From Candidatus Obscuribacterales bacterium (GTDB taxonomy: Bacteria; Cyanobacteriota; Vampirovibrionia; Obscuribacterales; Obscuribacteraceae): DNA of 64,000 nucleotides. The stretch spans positions 1,184,001-1,248,000 of the forward strand of contig CBDDIJ010000002.1 of the NCBI GenBank assembly GCA_965228855.1, read 5' to 3'. Every line of letters begins with the position of its first letter. Position 1 is the stretch's first letter. A program made the position numbers and the translations under genes. Below, piece after piece: positions 39,718-48,750 of this stretch. Below the pieces are notes generated by a model. That model saw only the letters and a program-made list of their open reading frames with translations. It was not told the DNA's origin and did no database searches.

Positions 39718-41637
39718 ATGTCGGAAACAGAAAAAGCGTTCGGATTCAAAGAGTGGTTTCTTGCTGGTGCCAAGCCAGGAAGCGCCCAGGTGCAGCACCA
39801 GGACGAGTGGTGGCGGGTCATGTGTTTGACCGGGGTCGACTATTTCTCGACTCTGGGATACCAGCCTGGTATCGCCTTTCTTGCTGCCGGTGTTTTGTCG
39901 CCCTTTGCCACGATTATCCTCGTTCTCGTCACACTCTTCGGCGCTTTGCCTACGTATTGCATCGTCGCGCGGGAGAGTCCGCACGGACAGGGAAGCGTGG
40001 CGATGCTCGAGAAGATGCTGCCTGGCTGGATCGGTAAGACGATGGTGCTTGCGCTTCTAGGATTCGCGGCGACGGCGTTCATCATCACTATCACGCTTTC
40101 TGCGGCGGATGCGACCGCTCATATCGTCGAAAACCCGATCATTCCCGAGACCTGGCGGCATCATCGCGTCGAGGTCACGATTGTTTTAATCGCCGCGCTT
40201 GGCGCCCTGTTCTTGAAAGGCTTTCACGAAGCGATTGGCGTCTCTCTCATAATAGTGGTCGCCTATCTCGGTTTAAACGCAATCGTTTTAGGACGATCGG
40301 CGTATGAACTCGCTTTCGTGCAGAGTCATCTGATGGGCGAGTGGTACGCATCGATGTTTAAACAGTACAGTTCGCCGGCGGTTATTTTTGGAATTTCACT
40401 ATTGATGTTTCCCAAACTCGCTTTAGGATTATCCGGGTTTGAAACTGGTGTAGCAGTTTTGCCTCTCGTCAAGGGCGATTCCACAGATACCGAGGAAGAG
40501 CCCACAGGTCGTATTCGCAATGGAAAAAAACTGCTCGTAGCTGCCGGTGCGATTATGAGTTTCTTCCTGATTCCGAGCAGTATCGTGACGACGATGCTGA
40601 TACCGGCCAATGAGTTTCAAGAGGGCGGCGAAGCTAACGGTCGTGCTTTAGCTTATCTTGCCCATGAATATCTCGGTCCGCAATTTGGCACCGTATATGA
40701 TGTCAGTACGATCAGTATTCTATGGTTTGCTGGCGCATCCGCTATCGCCGGTCTATTGAGTTTAGTTCCGAAATACTTGCCGCGATACGGCATGGCGCCG
40801 AGCTGGGCTGCTGCGATTAGACCGCTGGTGGTGTTCTTCGTATCGGTCGCGTTCGGTGTCACCTGCATGTTTAAAGCAGGAGTTGATGAGCAAGCCGGAG
40901 CTTACGCGACAGGCGTTTTAGTACTGATCACATCGGCAGCAATTGCGGCGACTATTTCGATCTGGCCCACAGCGCGCCGCTCTGTCCGGATTTACTTTTC
41001 AGTAATTTGCTTTATATTCGTCTACACCTGCTTCGCAAATATGTCCGAGCGACCGGAAGGAGTTCAGATAGCTTTGTTTTTCATTGCCAGCGTTCTCGTG
41101 GCGAGTGTCTTGTCGAGAGCGATGCGGGCGACCGAGTTGCGCGTGGAGCGTGTGACTTTTGATGACACTGCTCAAGCTTTCTTCCACGAAGCGCTCACTA
41201 CATACATGGGCGAGATTCGAATTCTGGCTCACAAAGCCGGAATGAAAGATTTCCGTGAGGATGAAGCACGTTCGAGATTCGTCCACAGCATTCAGCCTAA
41301 CGAAGGCAATTTTATTTTGCTGGAAGTAAAACTTTCCGATGCGTCCGAGTTTTCCGAGGACTTGCTGGAGGTGACCGGGCACGTCGAGAACGGTTATCGT
41401 ATCCTTAGATGCTCGAATCCGGCTGTTCCTAACGCAATTGCGGCAATTCTACTCGAGATCAGGGATTTAACTCAGAAAATTCCGAACGCCTATTTTACCT
41501 GGACGGAGGGTCACCCTGTGGCTTACGCCATCAAATACATTTTTCTCGGTGAGGGGGAAACAGCTACGCTGACTCGCGAAATCTTGCGAGTGGCAGAGCC
41601 GTATGAAGAACGACGACCGATTATCCACGTCGGTTAG
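39718..41637 (+). CDS. APC-superfamily transporter, KimA/KUP-like candidate K+ importer
   Basis: About 12 [41 protein letters not shown]; cytoplasmic C-terminal domain. Start at ATG 39718 or 39691. Confidence 0.8.
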   Translation: MSETEKAFGFKEWFLAGAKPGSAQVQHQDEWWRVMCLTGVDYFSTLGYQPGIAFLAAGVLSPFATIILVLVTLFGALPTYCIVARESPHGQGSVAMLEKMLPGWIGKTMVLALLGFAATAFIITITLSAADATAHIVENPIIPETWRHHRVEVTIVLIAALGALFLKGFHEAIGVSLIIVVAYLGLNAIVLGRSAYELAFVQSHLMGEWYASMFKQYSSPAVIFGISLLMFPKLALGLSGFETGVAVLPLVKGDSTDTEEEPTGRIRNGKKLLVAAGAIMSFFLIPSSIVTTMLIPANEFQEGGEANGRALAYLAHEYLGPQFGTVYDVSTISILWFAGASAIAGLLSLVPKYLPRYGMAPSWAAAIRPLVVFFVSVAFGVTCMFKAGVDEQAGAYATGVLVLITSAAIAATISIWPTARRSVRIYFSVICFIFVYTCFANMSERPEGVQIALFFIASVLVASVLSRAMRATELRVERVTFDDTAQAFFHEALTTYMGEIRILAHKAGMKDFREDEARSRFVHSIQPNEGNFILLEVKLSDASEFSEDLLEVTGHVENGYRILRCSNPAVPNAIAAILLEIRDLTQKIPNAYFTWTEGHPVAYAIKYIFLGEGETATLTREILRVAEPYEERRPIIHVG

Positions 41638-41649
41638 CGAGGTTGAACA

Positions 41650-42423
41650 GTGGCCGAAATTGAGAAAGAAAACCAGGATCCAGACGGAAAACAAAAGCCG
41701 CCGTCCAGTAACGCGAAAAAGAAGAAGGCCAAAACCAAGAGCGATGTTGTCGAAAAGACTTCATCGTCGAAACCAATAGAAGCTGTAATTGTGGAACCCG
41801 ACTCTGCCGAACCTCAAGCAATGGCTCAGGAAGAGACGGCGGCTGACCGTCTGGAGAAACCCAAAATCGAATTGCCTCCACATCCGCCACCGGCGCCGGA
41901 AGTTACAGTGGCGGTCGAAGAAGGGACAATCGTGGAAGTGGTTCAGCGTGAGCATAACCTTTCGCAGACAGCGCCACCATATACGATGCCGAGACCGCAT
42001 CGAGACTGTCCTGACGCCTCACCATGTGAAGATGACCAGCCTGCACCGGAGCCGGCCTATGAGGACGAAGCGCGAAAGGACGTGATCACTTCTGTTCAAA
42101 ACATGTTGAGGCCCCATGAAGGGTTTCTCACGCGCGCACAGTTGGTGCAGGCGTCGCGAGAGTTGCGGCGTGTTACCCCTTATAACTTCGAAGCCTGGCG
42201 CTTGCACGCGGATGTACTTTTGAATGCGCTCAAGCAGCTTGAAACGCGGCAAATACAGCCAGATGAGAATTTCAGAATTTTGACTATTCCATTGCGCGAG
42301 GCCGAAGTTCGAGATGCAGCCGAGGCTGCTTTGAGGCAATGTGCCCATTACGCGGAGAGTGAAGAAAAGCGCATCGCCTTGATTGACGAAGCAAACAGCG
42401 TGCGCCGGAAAACTTGGTTTTAA
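41650..42423 (+). CDS. Protein with disordered acidic/Pro-rich N-terminus and a PknG-like C-terminal helical (TPR) domain; no kinase domain
   Basis: C-terminus ILTIPLREAEVRDAAEAALRQCAHYAESEEKRIALIDEANSVRRKTWF follows the actinobacterial PknG tail pattern (R.g.E..LR.lA..A.....R..LvD.AN.vRp.t.f). Confidence 0.7.
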   Translation: MAEIEKENQDPDGKQKPPSSNAKKKKAKTKSDVVEKTSSSKPIEAVIVEPDSAEPQAMAQEETAADRLEKPKIELPPHPPPAPEVTVAVEEGTIVEVVQREHNLSQTAPPYTMPRPHRDCPDASPCEDDQPAPEPAYEDEARKDVITSVQNMLRPHEGFLTRAQLVQASRELRRVTPYNFEAWRLHADVLLNALKQLETRQIQPDENFRILTIPLREAEVRDAAEAALRQCAHYAESEEKRIALIDEANSVRRKTWF

Positions 42424-42438
42424 CAGGGGTGAAGAACC

Positions 42439-43851
42439 GTGGTCAGCGACACTAAGCGAGAACCAGTTACATCAATGGTGCTTTCAGTCTTCAGGGACGT
42501 CACACCAGCGCGCCTCCGTCTGTTTCTAATCGGGAATTGCGGTCTGGCGATTCTTTTTGCTGTGCTCGCTAACAATACGGTTGCGGATCACAGACATGCG
42601 CTGGATACGGTTGGTCGCTTTGCGGCGCCATCGGTAGTGGCGGCTCACCAGATTCAGTCCGGCATTATGCTTATGGATCGCGGCTTGACGGATGAATTGA
42701 TGTCGGACGATGATGAGATTGAGGGATTGATGGCCGCAGATTTCGATCGCGGCAGAATAATCGCCAGTCGAAATCTAATTCTAGCAGCGAAAAATATCAC
42801 TTACGGTGATTCTGAGCAGAAGCCGATCGAGGCTATGCAGCTCGGATTGGGCCGGTTTTTGATGCACGCCCAGAAGGCGAGAGACCTGGACTCCTCCGGA
42901 TCGAGCGAAGATGCTCGCGAGGTCTATAGAACCGCATACGATACCGTGAGCAAAGACCTTGTGCCCAATGCCAGAGCACTGTTGCAAGCGAACGTCGATG
43001 CTTTAGAAGAAACATACGCCAATGAGAAAGCTCGATCGGCGTTGATCTGTGGGCTCGTTTTGTTGCTCGGAATATTTTTGATATGTGGTCTTACGACTGC
43101 GCACATTTACATGAGCGGTAAATTTCGCCGGCGCGTAAATCTGCCTCTACTCATCGCCATTTTCTTGACGGTGGCATTTGTTCAGCACTTGTACTCAGAG
43201 GTCAGGCAGAGCGCAGAGAGCCTCAAAAATGCCAAGGAAGATTCGTACGATTCGATTCTGGCAATTATGACCGCGCGAAGCGGAATTTATTCAGCGAATG
43301 CTGCACAAAGCAGATTTATGTACGATCGCGAAAACGCCGCTGATTACGAGAAAGAATTTCAAAGTGAAGTCGATACAATTGCTAAATTTACTCCCGGACA
43401 CAACTTTGCGTCAGCCATCGCTGTTGCCCAGAAAGAGCTCTCAGATGACACTCAGAGGATTAATATCCCCGGGCTCAGCGGGGCATTGGCTGTGGAATTC
43501 GCCAATCTTGAATACGATGGCGAGGCGAAGTCTGCGCTGGAAAGTCTTCTTGCGATGAATGATTTTTTGCTAACCGACCAGCGCATGCGCAAACTTGCTA
43601 TGGAAGGCAAAGAAGACGATGCAAGGCAGGTCTGTTTAGGTTATGAGCCCACGCGTTTGAAATTTGCTTTCACCAGGCTGGATGACAGCCTCAACCGCGG
43701 ATTGAAAATCAATCAGGAGCATTTCGAGCAGTTGATTGTCGATGCCAATAGCGACCTCGTCGGTTTGGCGGCTTTGTCGCAGCTGTTCGCGCTGGTGATA
43801 GTAGTTTTGGTTTATACAGGTGTCACACCGAGGCTCCGGGAGTATCTCTAA
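42439..43851 (+). CDS. GlnX-like membrane protein (two four-helix sensor domains, 4 TM)
   Basis: TM, helical domain (AAPSVVAAHQI), TM, RRRVNLPLLIA, TM, second helical domain, TM, ending GVTPRLREYL, the layout and terminal PRLxEY motif of actinobacterial GlnX. Confidence 0.7.
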   Translation: MVSDTKREPVTSMVLSVFRDVTPARLRLFLIGNCGLAILFAVLANNTVADHRHALDTVGRFAAPSVVAAHQIQSGIMLMDRGLTDELMSDDDEIEGLMAADFDRGRIIASRNLILAAKNITYGDSEQKPIEAMQLGLGRFLMHAQKARDLDSSGSSEDAREVYRTAYDTVSKDLVPNARALLQANVDALEETYANEKARSALICGLVLLLGIFLICGLTTAHIYMSGKFRRRVNLPLLIAIFLTVAFVQHLYSEVRQSAESLKNAKEDSYDSILAIMTARSGIYSANAAQSRFMYDRENAADYEKEFQSEVDTIAKFTPGHNFASAIAVAQKELSDDTQRINIPGLSGALAVEFANLEYDGEAKSALESLLAMNDFLLTDQRMRKLAMEGKEDDARQVCLGYEPTRLKFAFTRLDDSLNRGLKINQEHFEQLIVDANSDLVGLAALSQLFALVIVVLVYTGVTPRLREYL

Positions 43852-44064
43852 ATCACGGACGTTCGCTGATGGTTGGACGGGATGGGCTGGATAAGCAGAT
43901 TCTCAGTTTGCGCCAGTGTTTAGCAATCAACTCTCGCTTCGCGGTGTTTCGAGGCGAGGTGCGAGAGTGCTGTCTTTCAACAAATGTTATCGTCGTGCGA
44001 TAGGTGTTAAGATCCAGGCGCTCAGGTGTTTTCTTTTGAATTTTAGATAAAGTCGCTCTTCGGA

Positions 44065-45165
44065 TTGATGAAAACGGAATCTTTAAATACCGCCAGAAAG
44101 GCGCTCATTGCTGTGGGTACCGCACTGATTTGTCTGACTGCGTGCGGCGGGTCCGAAGCAGTTGCCCAGAATATAGTTCAAAAGCTTGTGCAGCGTGAGA
44201 GCAGCTCCAACACCGTTTCCGAACCTAAGCAGATGTTGCGAACTGGTGTCGATTTGAGCGAATCAGGGCTATCGGTCAATTCGATTCAGCTGGCGGCTTC
44301 ACTGGGACTATTGCCAATACTCAAGGATATCGAGGTTCTCCGGCAGCGAGTTGCAGGCATGCCGAATGATGGAAGTCTGGACCGTCTAAATGTCCGGCAA
44401 GATCTGACCGAGGCGACTCAAAAGGCGATGTTAATAGTACAAAAAACCAATCTTGATGCCGATTTCACGATTGCGGAAATTCAAGCAGAGCAGATGGTTT
44501 ATACCGAAATTTTAGATTCGTACTATGATGATCGAGACCGCGCGCTTGCGAGAACAAACGCCTTGAGCTTTATGAGCAATGGTGCGCTATGGGCGGTTTG
44601 CGAGGGCCTGGCGATTCCTACTTACAAGCACTCACAGTACGCAATTTCATCGGGCATCACCGGTATTCTGGCAGGAATTGTGCCTTCCATCGCCTCGATG
44701 TACACTCTCAAACAGGTTAACGGGAAGAAGAAAATGTCCGAGGCCGAGCCTAATATGCTCGCCAAGCTCTTCGACTATCCGACTAACATCGATATCGACT
44801 ATCCAAAATCAATTTGGGAATTTCTCAACGAGGTGCCGGCGAACGAACCAGGCAAGAAGACGCGCCGAGAACAATTGATCGACGGCTGGGTGGCGGACGC
44901 TAACATTCACACATTTAACGACAGAAATTCAAAACGCCAGCTCGATATTATTACGGCGAGCGCTCCTCACAAAAAGGGCCTCACGATTGAAACTTTAGAA
45001 GTGCGCACTGTAATGCTTCAGAAGCTGACCGGCGAAATCATGAAAATGAAACGTATGTTGCTCGAACTCGACATGGCTATCATCGGGGAGAAGCAATGCG
45101 TGGCATACGACGAAGGAAAGCGCAAGCACGTCAGCAGCACTGCCCCTGGTGGCAAGTTGCAATAG
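44065..45165 (+). CDS. Secreted or lipoprotein helical protein of unknown function (paralog 3 of 3)
   Basis: Signal peptide with possible lipobox LTAC; same conserved blocks as 37179-39396. Confidence 0.8.
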   Translation: MMKTESLNTARKALIAVGTALICLTACGGSEAVAQNIVQKLVQRESSSNTVSEPKQMLRTGVDLSESGLSVNSIQLAASLGLLPILKDIEVLRQRVAGMPNDGSLDRLNVRQDLTEATQKAMLIVQKTNLDADFTIAEIQAEQMVYTEILDSYYDDRDRALARTNALSFMSNGALWAVCEGLAIPTYKHSQYAISSGITGILAGIVPSIASMYTLKQVNGKKKMSEAEPNMLAKLFDYPTNIDIDYPKSIWEFLNEVPANEPGKKTRREQLIDGWVADANIHTFNDRNSKRQLDIITASAPHKKGLTIETLEVRTVMLQKLTGEIMKMKRMLLELDMAIIGEKQCVAYDEGKRKHVSSTAPGGKLQ

Positions 45166-45173
45166 CGCGGTGT

Positions 45174-45329
45174 CTAGCGAATCTTCGCTCTCTCGTGTCT
45201 ACTTGGGTGGTTCTTAATCGTGGACGGATGCAAATCATGTTCCATCCAGTGTTCTATCAGTCCATCTATGAGCCTGCCCATCAGGTACGCGAAGGGAAGG
45301 TACAGTAACAGAATCAAGTAAACATCCAT
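45174..45329 (-). CDS. Small (51 aa) membrane protein
   Basis: MDVYLILLLYLPFAYLMGRLIDGLIEHWMEHDLHP...; strong GGGAGGT RBS just upstream of ATG 45329. Confidence 0.6.
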   Translation of the reverse strand: MDVYLILLLYLPFAYLMGRLIDGLIEHWMEHDLHPSTIKNHPSRHERAKIR

Positions 45330-45454
45330 GGCACACCTCCCTCTACGCCTTGTCCTCTCATTAGACGACAATCCGTGTACGGGTGGTGTCAAAACGAAAC
45401 GGCTGTGCATCAAGATAAGATTAAGATCTGACACAGCCCTTCCGGTCGGTCCAG

Positions 45455-46357
45455 CTAATTCTGTCCGACCCAATTCTCTTTAGCTGTTTTGTCCCAGCGA
45501 TCGCGAATCTTCGCGAATTTGCTCTTACTGATTTCGCCGGACGCGAGCAGATTTGCGTTGGTTTTCCATCTGCCGGGCTTGGCTGTACCTACGATTGCCG
45601 TATGGACACCAGGAGCGGCGAGTGTGAATTTCAGCGCAACCTCGACTGCATGCTCGGTGTCTCCGTTTACAAAATCGTATTTCAGCTCCTGAAGCCGCTC
45701 CCAGTATTCCTGGTGATAGCTGTTGTCAGGTTTGGCTTTGTAGCGCCAGGCGACATTGGCAATCGGTCGTTTAGCGATCACGCCCATACCGCGCGCCATT
45801 GCTTTGGGCAGTGTCAGCTCGAGCGCCTCCTGGTCTGCGATATTCACTGATGTTTGTAAGGTGTCGAATTCGCCGCTCTCTATGGCATAAACAGCAGCAG
45901 TCGAATCGCCGCTGTAGCCGACGAAGCGTGTTTTGCCTTTTGCCTTTGCATCTTGCAATGCGCGAATCACATCGCCTTTTCTCAGAATGTCTTCCCCGCA
46001 GCTATGCAGCTGAACGAGATCAAGGCATTCGACTTTCAAGCGCTTCAAGCTTTGTTCGATGGACGCGGTAACTTCCTCGTAAGTCCAGGCCGGTATCGAA
46101 GGGTCTTTCCCGTGTCCCGCCTTGGTAAACAGATAAAAGTCATCCCGGCGGTGCGAAACGGTTTTTCCTATCAGTTCTTCGCTCCCCAGGTAACATTCGG
46201 CGGTGTCGATAATGTTTAACCCCTGGTCGAGTGCTGCCATGAGCAGGCGCTCGACCTTGTCCGCCGATGCATCTTCAAAACCGATTTCAGCGCCGCCGAA
46301 GCCCAGCACGCTGACTTCCATGCCGGTATTTCCGAGCATACGTTTTTCCATGGACAT
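45455..46357 (-). CDS. Aldo/keto reductase
   Basis: LGNTGMEVSVLGFGG, DTAECY, FTK, DLVQLH catalytic tetrad motifs. Start moved to ATG 46357 (GAGGT RBS). Confidence 0.93.
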   Translation of the reverse strand: MSMEKRMLGNTGMEVSVLGFGGAEIGFEDASADKVERLLMAALDQGLNIIDTAECYLGSEELIGKTVSHRRDDFYLFTKAGHGKDPSIPAWTYEEVTASIEQSLKRLKVECLDLVQLHSCGEDILRKGDVIRALQDAKAKGKTRFVGYSGDSTAAVYAIESGEFDTLQTSVNIADQEALELTLPKAMARGMGVIAKRPIANVAWRYKAKPDNSYHQEYWERLQELKYDFVNGDTEHAVEVALKFTLAAPGVHTAIVGTAKPGRWKTNANLLASGEISKSKFAKIRDRWDKTAKENWVGQN

Positions 46358-46505
46358 TAAAAACAACCTCGCGGCTTGAAGGGGATCCAGCAATTCACGA
46401 ACGATATACTCTTGGAAAACGCCTGACAATAGTTCTCTAACTTCGGAGGCGAGTGTTCATGAGTGCTAAAATCTACTATTCTTCGACCTCAATAAAGGCA
46501 GTACT

Positions 46506-47078
46506 GTGAATTCCAGGCTTTTCGCGGCGTTGCTTCTATTGGTTTTAACCGGGACAAATGATTGTTTCGCGAAAGAAACCGATAGCAGCTCCGGAGCAAT
46601 TTCGAGCGATGCTTCCTCCACAGGCACTGTCAGCAATGCTGTCGGCAAGAAATTGCGGAAAGTGTCCTTCCCAAAGGATAACTTCTCTGTTCTGATGCCG
46701 GGCGACTTTACCACTGTGGAGAAAGCCGGTGTTCGGACCTACACGTGTGCGGACTATCCCCATGGGCTGATCACTGCGATTTGCGCGACCTCCTCTGAGA
46801 ATTCGCCTTTTACTCCTGCAGTTTTAAAAGAGCTTGTAGAGAAGCTTACTCCTAATAAGAAACAGGTCGACAGAGAATCTACCGTCAAAGTGAAAGGTAT
46901 CGAGGGCACGCAATGGGACATAACCAATAACGGTGATGCCCCGCAGGACGGCTGTCAGGTGCGGGGCTTTATCGTGGGGCGCCGGTTGTACATTTTGATG
47001 GTTTACGGGACAAAACCATGGATCGAATCTGATGCTATTAAGCAGTTCATGGATTCCCTGGAAGTCGCGAGCGAATAG
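46506..47078 (+). CDS. Secreted protein with PsbP/DcrB-like domain
   Basis: Signal peptide; FSVLMPG ... KGIEG ... GRRLYILMV ... QFMDSLEV; same domain ends the next two genes. Confidence 0.65.
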   Translation: MNSRLFAALLLLVLTGTNDCFAKETDSSSGAISSDASSTGTVSNAVGKKLRKVSFPKDNFSVLMPGDFTTVEKAGVRTYTCADYPHGLITAICATSSENSPFTPAVLKELVEKLTPNKKQVDRESTVKVKGIEGTQWDITNNGDAPQDGCQVRGFIVGRRLYILMVYGTKPWIESDAIKQFMDSLEVASE

Positions 47079-47090
47079 GAAAAGTCTGAG

Positions 47091-48719
47091 TTGGCTGCAA
47101 TAAGTTTTAGCAAGTTTGGTCTGATACTGTCCGCGGTGCTATTGTCGCTGCAGCTGAATGTGCTGCCTGCGCTTGCCGCCGACGACCCGATTGGAACTGG
47201 AGATGAACCTGCGGCTTCCGCAGGCGAGACTGATGTTAAGGGCTCCTCCACGAATGACACGACATCATCCGAAGCCGGCGATCAAACTGCACCTGCTGCG
47301 AAACCAACATTCCTCTGGAAAGCAACCAAGGGTGGTGACACTATTTATCTTCTTGGTACCATTCACGGTGCCATGTCTCAGTTTTATCCCTTGCCGAGCG
47401 CAATCGATCAGGCTCTCGACGAGTCAAAGCATCTGATGGTGGAGATAGCGATCGATAAGGTCGATCCGTCCAGAGTCGCGAAAACGATTCACGAGCTTGG
47501 TCAATACACGCCGCCGGATCATCTGTCGAAGCATCTAACACCGGAAACCAAGAAAGTTTTCGAGCAGTTTCTCAACTGGTCGGGCGGCACCTGGGAAATG
47601 TATGAAAAATACAAGCCCTTTTATGCGGCGAGCATGGCATCGCAGTCGAAAAGGTGGGTAACGGAGTCGACAAAGTTTCGTTCTTCCCTTGGTCTGGACC
47701 TTTACTTCCTCGCTCGTGCACGCGAAGCCGGTAAGGCGATTTCTGATCTGGAGACCGTCGAGCAGCAACTGCATATCGATGCAGATCTGTCGGAAGCCGC
47801 GCAGGATAGATTGCTTCGGACGTCGATATTGCACATGAGTGAAGTCGAATCACAACTCAAAGGCTATCTCGATGCCTGGAAAGCAGGTGACACCGAGAAG
47901 ATGGAGGCTCTCGCCAAGGCGCGGACAAAAGATTATCCAGAACTACGCGAATACGAAAAAGCGTTGCTGGACGATCGCAACATTGGAATGATGAACAAGA
48001 TAAAGCTACTGACGAAGACCAAGCCTGGTCCTCATTTTGTAGCTGTCGGAGCGGCGCATCTCGTGGGCCCGGCCGGATTGGTGTCGCTGTTTGAGAAAGA
48101 CGGATTCAAAGTTGAACGTGTCTCCTCTGACGCAATGAGTAGCACGAAGCCCGCGGTTACGAAGCTCGATAACAAGCTTTATCAGGAACGTTTCAAGATT
48201 TGGTTCCCGGTAGAGCCGCGTCGTTTGTCCGAGAAAGATACAGTTCGATACGAAGCTTACGAGCCGCCCAACGGTGCGTATCTGGTTTGCGTTTTTACTT
48301 CGCCGACCGAGCCCCGCGATTGGCCGGTGCCACCACCACTGATGCTGGATAAGCTGGTTACAATTTTTAAGCCAGATCCGGGTACGCGCAAGTCTTTCGC
48401 GCTCCAGGGCTATCCTGGACGGGAGATTGAGTGCTCTGGTCCCGCGTTGTCCCAGAAGCCTGGCGGGTCCGCGAAGACTAGCTCGGGGCACGGTTCTCCG
48501 GCGGGATCTGCCAGTGAGAAAAAGAGTGGCATGCCAGGCCAGGGATTTGGTTTAGGAGCTGCATTTTCAAAGGTCCAGGCGAAAGATGTAAAGGCAAAAA
48601 TTCGCGTTTATCTTGCCGGAAGAAGGTTCTTTTTGTTATGCGCTGTAGGCGGTAAGCCGTTCCTTGCCTCTGATAATGTCTCGAAGTTTTTCGATTCACT
48701 GGAGCTTCTCTCCAATTGA
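47091..48719 (+). CDS. TraB/GumN (Tiki) family metalloprotein with C-terminal PsbP-like domain
   Basis: Signal peptide; LWKA, YLLGTIH, MVEI, GLD, LET, DRN, VAVGAAHL, the full Tiki/TraB metal-ligand set. Confidence 0.9.
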   Translation: MAAISFSKFGLILSAVLLSLQLNVLPALAADDPIGTGDEPAASAGETDVKGSSTNDTTSSEAGDQTAPAAKPTFLWKATKGGDTIYLLGTIHGAMSQFYPLPSAIDQALDESKHLMVEIAIDKVDPSRVAKTIHELGQYTPPDHLSKHLTPETKKVFEQFLNWSGGTWEMYEKYKPFYAASMASQSKRWVTESTKFRSSLGLDLYFLARAREAGKAISDLETVEQQLHIDADLSEAAQDRLLRTSILHMSEVESQLKGYLDAWKAGDTEKMEALAKARTKDYPELREYEKALLDDRNIGMMNKIKLLTKTKPGPHFVAVGAAHLVGPAGLVSLFEKDGFKVERVSSDAMSSTKPAVTKLDNKLYQERFKIWFPVEPRRLSEKDTVRYEAYEPPNGAYLVCVFTSPTEPRDWPVPPPLMLDKLVTIFKPDPGTRKSFALQGYPGREIECSGPALSQKPGGSAKTSSGHGSPAGSASEKKSGMPGQGFGLGAAFSKVQAKDVKAKIRVYLAGRRFFLLCAVGGKPFLASDNVSKFFDSLELLSN

Positions 48720-48750
48720 TAAAATACTTGAACACTACTGGAAGAGATTG

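Noticed and set aside
43930..43968. Hairpin ACTCTCGC...GCGAGAGT after the GlnX-like gene
   Set aside because: Imperfect stem without an adjacent U tract; cannot be supported as a terminator or ncRNA.
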